From Camelus ferus (taxonomy: Eukaryota), in assembly GCF_009834535.1 (NCBI RefSeq), contig NC_045696.1, positions 94,180,001 through 94,244,000 of the forward strand: a stretch of DNA of 64,000 nt, written 5' to 3'. The notes beneath the pieces were generated by a model. The model worked only from the letters and a program-made list of their open reading frames with translations, was not told the origin of the DNA and ran no database searches. Positions 63,785 through 64,000 of this stretch are shown one piece after another. Within the stretch, counting starts at the first letter, position 1. Each line of letters starts with the position of its first letter. Position numbers and translations under genes: made by a program.

Positions 63785-64000
63785 ATACCTGATTTTACTT
63801 TGGGGAAATCAGCCCTCTCCACCCAGCCCATGTGCTCTGGGTCATGCTTTTCTCAATTTCTCAGACTGGAGAAGCTGACCTAAACTAAATCAGTCAGTAT
63901 ATTCCATCCCCCAAACACAGTGATGGGGCGGGCACATCACTCAAACCATCTTATGAGAGCCAACGAGACTTAAACCCAGAGCTTTATGTTATCAAGAAGC
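63785..64000 (+). mobile_element. MaLR LTR (MLT1K-like), runs off the window end
   Basis: CCTGATTTTACTTTGGGGAAATC..CCATGTGCTCTGGG..ATTCCATCCCC..CACAGTGATGG..GGGCACATCACTCAA. Confidence 0.6.

Overview
AT-rich, repeat-dense mammalian non-coding DNA (intergenic or large intron). It is most likely from a camelid: two Vic-1-type tRNA-derived SINEs and several related young L1 3' ends are present. I find no intact protein-coding gene, RNA gene, CRISPR array or prokaryotic element. Most ORF-track entries are L1/LTR remnants or chance ORFs. Roughly half the window is recognisable transposon debris: L1, L2, L3/CR1, MIR, MLT1/ERVL/ERV1 solo LTRs, and hAT Charlie/Tip100 elements. Family names come from recalled consensus sequences, not from a search, and boundaries are approximate unless a TSD is quoted. 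The most notable observations are: (1) a decayed minus-strand relic resembling TM5-TM7 of a class A (chemokine/peptide-type) GPCR at about 63.35-63.76 kb; (2) a 1.8-kb TSD-flanked L1 cassette whose 5'UTR is fused directly to its 3' end and which appears to carry a 3' transduction; (3) an LTR41-type LTR carrying an antisense APOA4-derived coding fragment; (4) a twin-primed, 5'-inverted L1; (5) a multi-tier nested transposon cluster at 55.7-60.0 kb. I cannot support a genuinely new biological system from this sequence alone.
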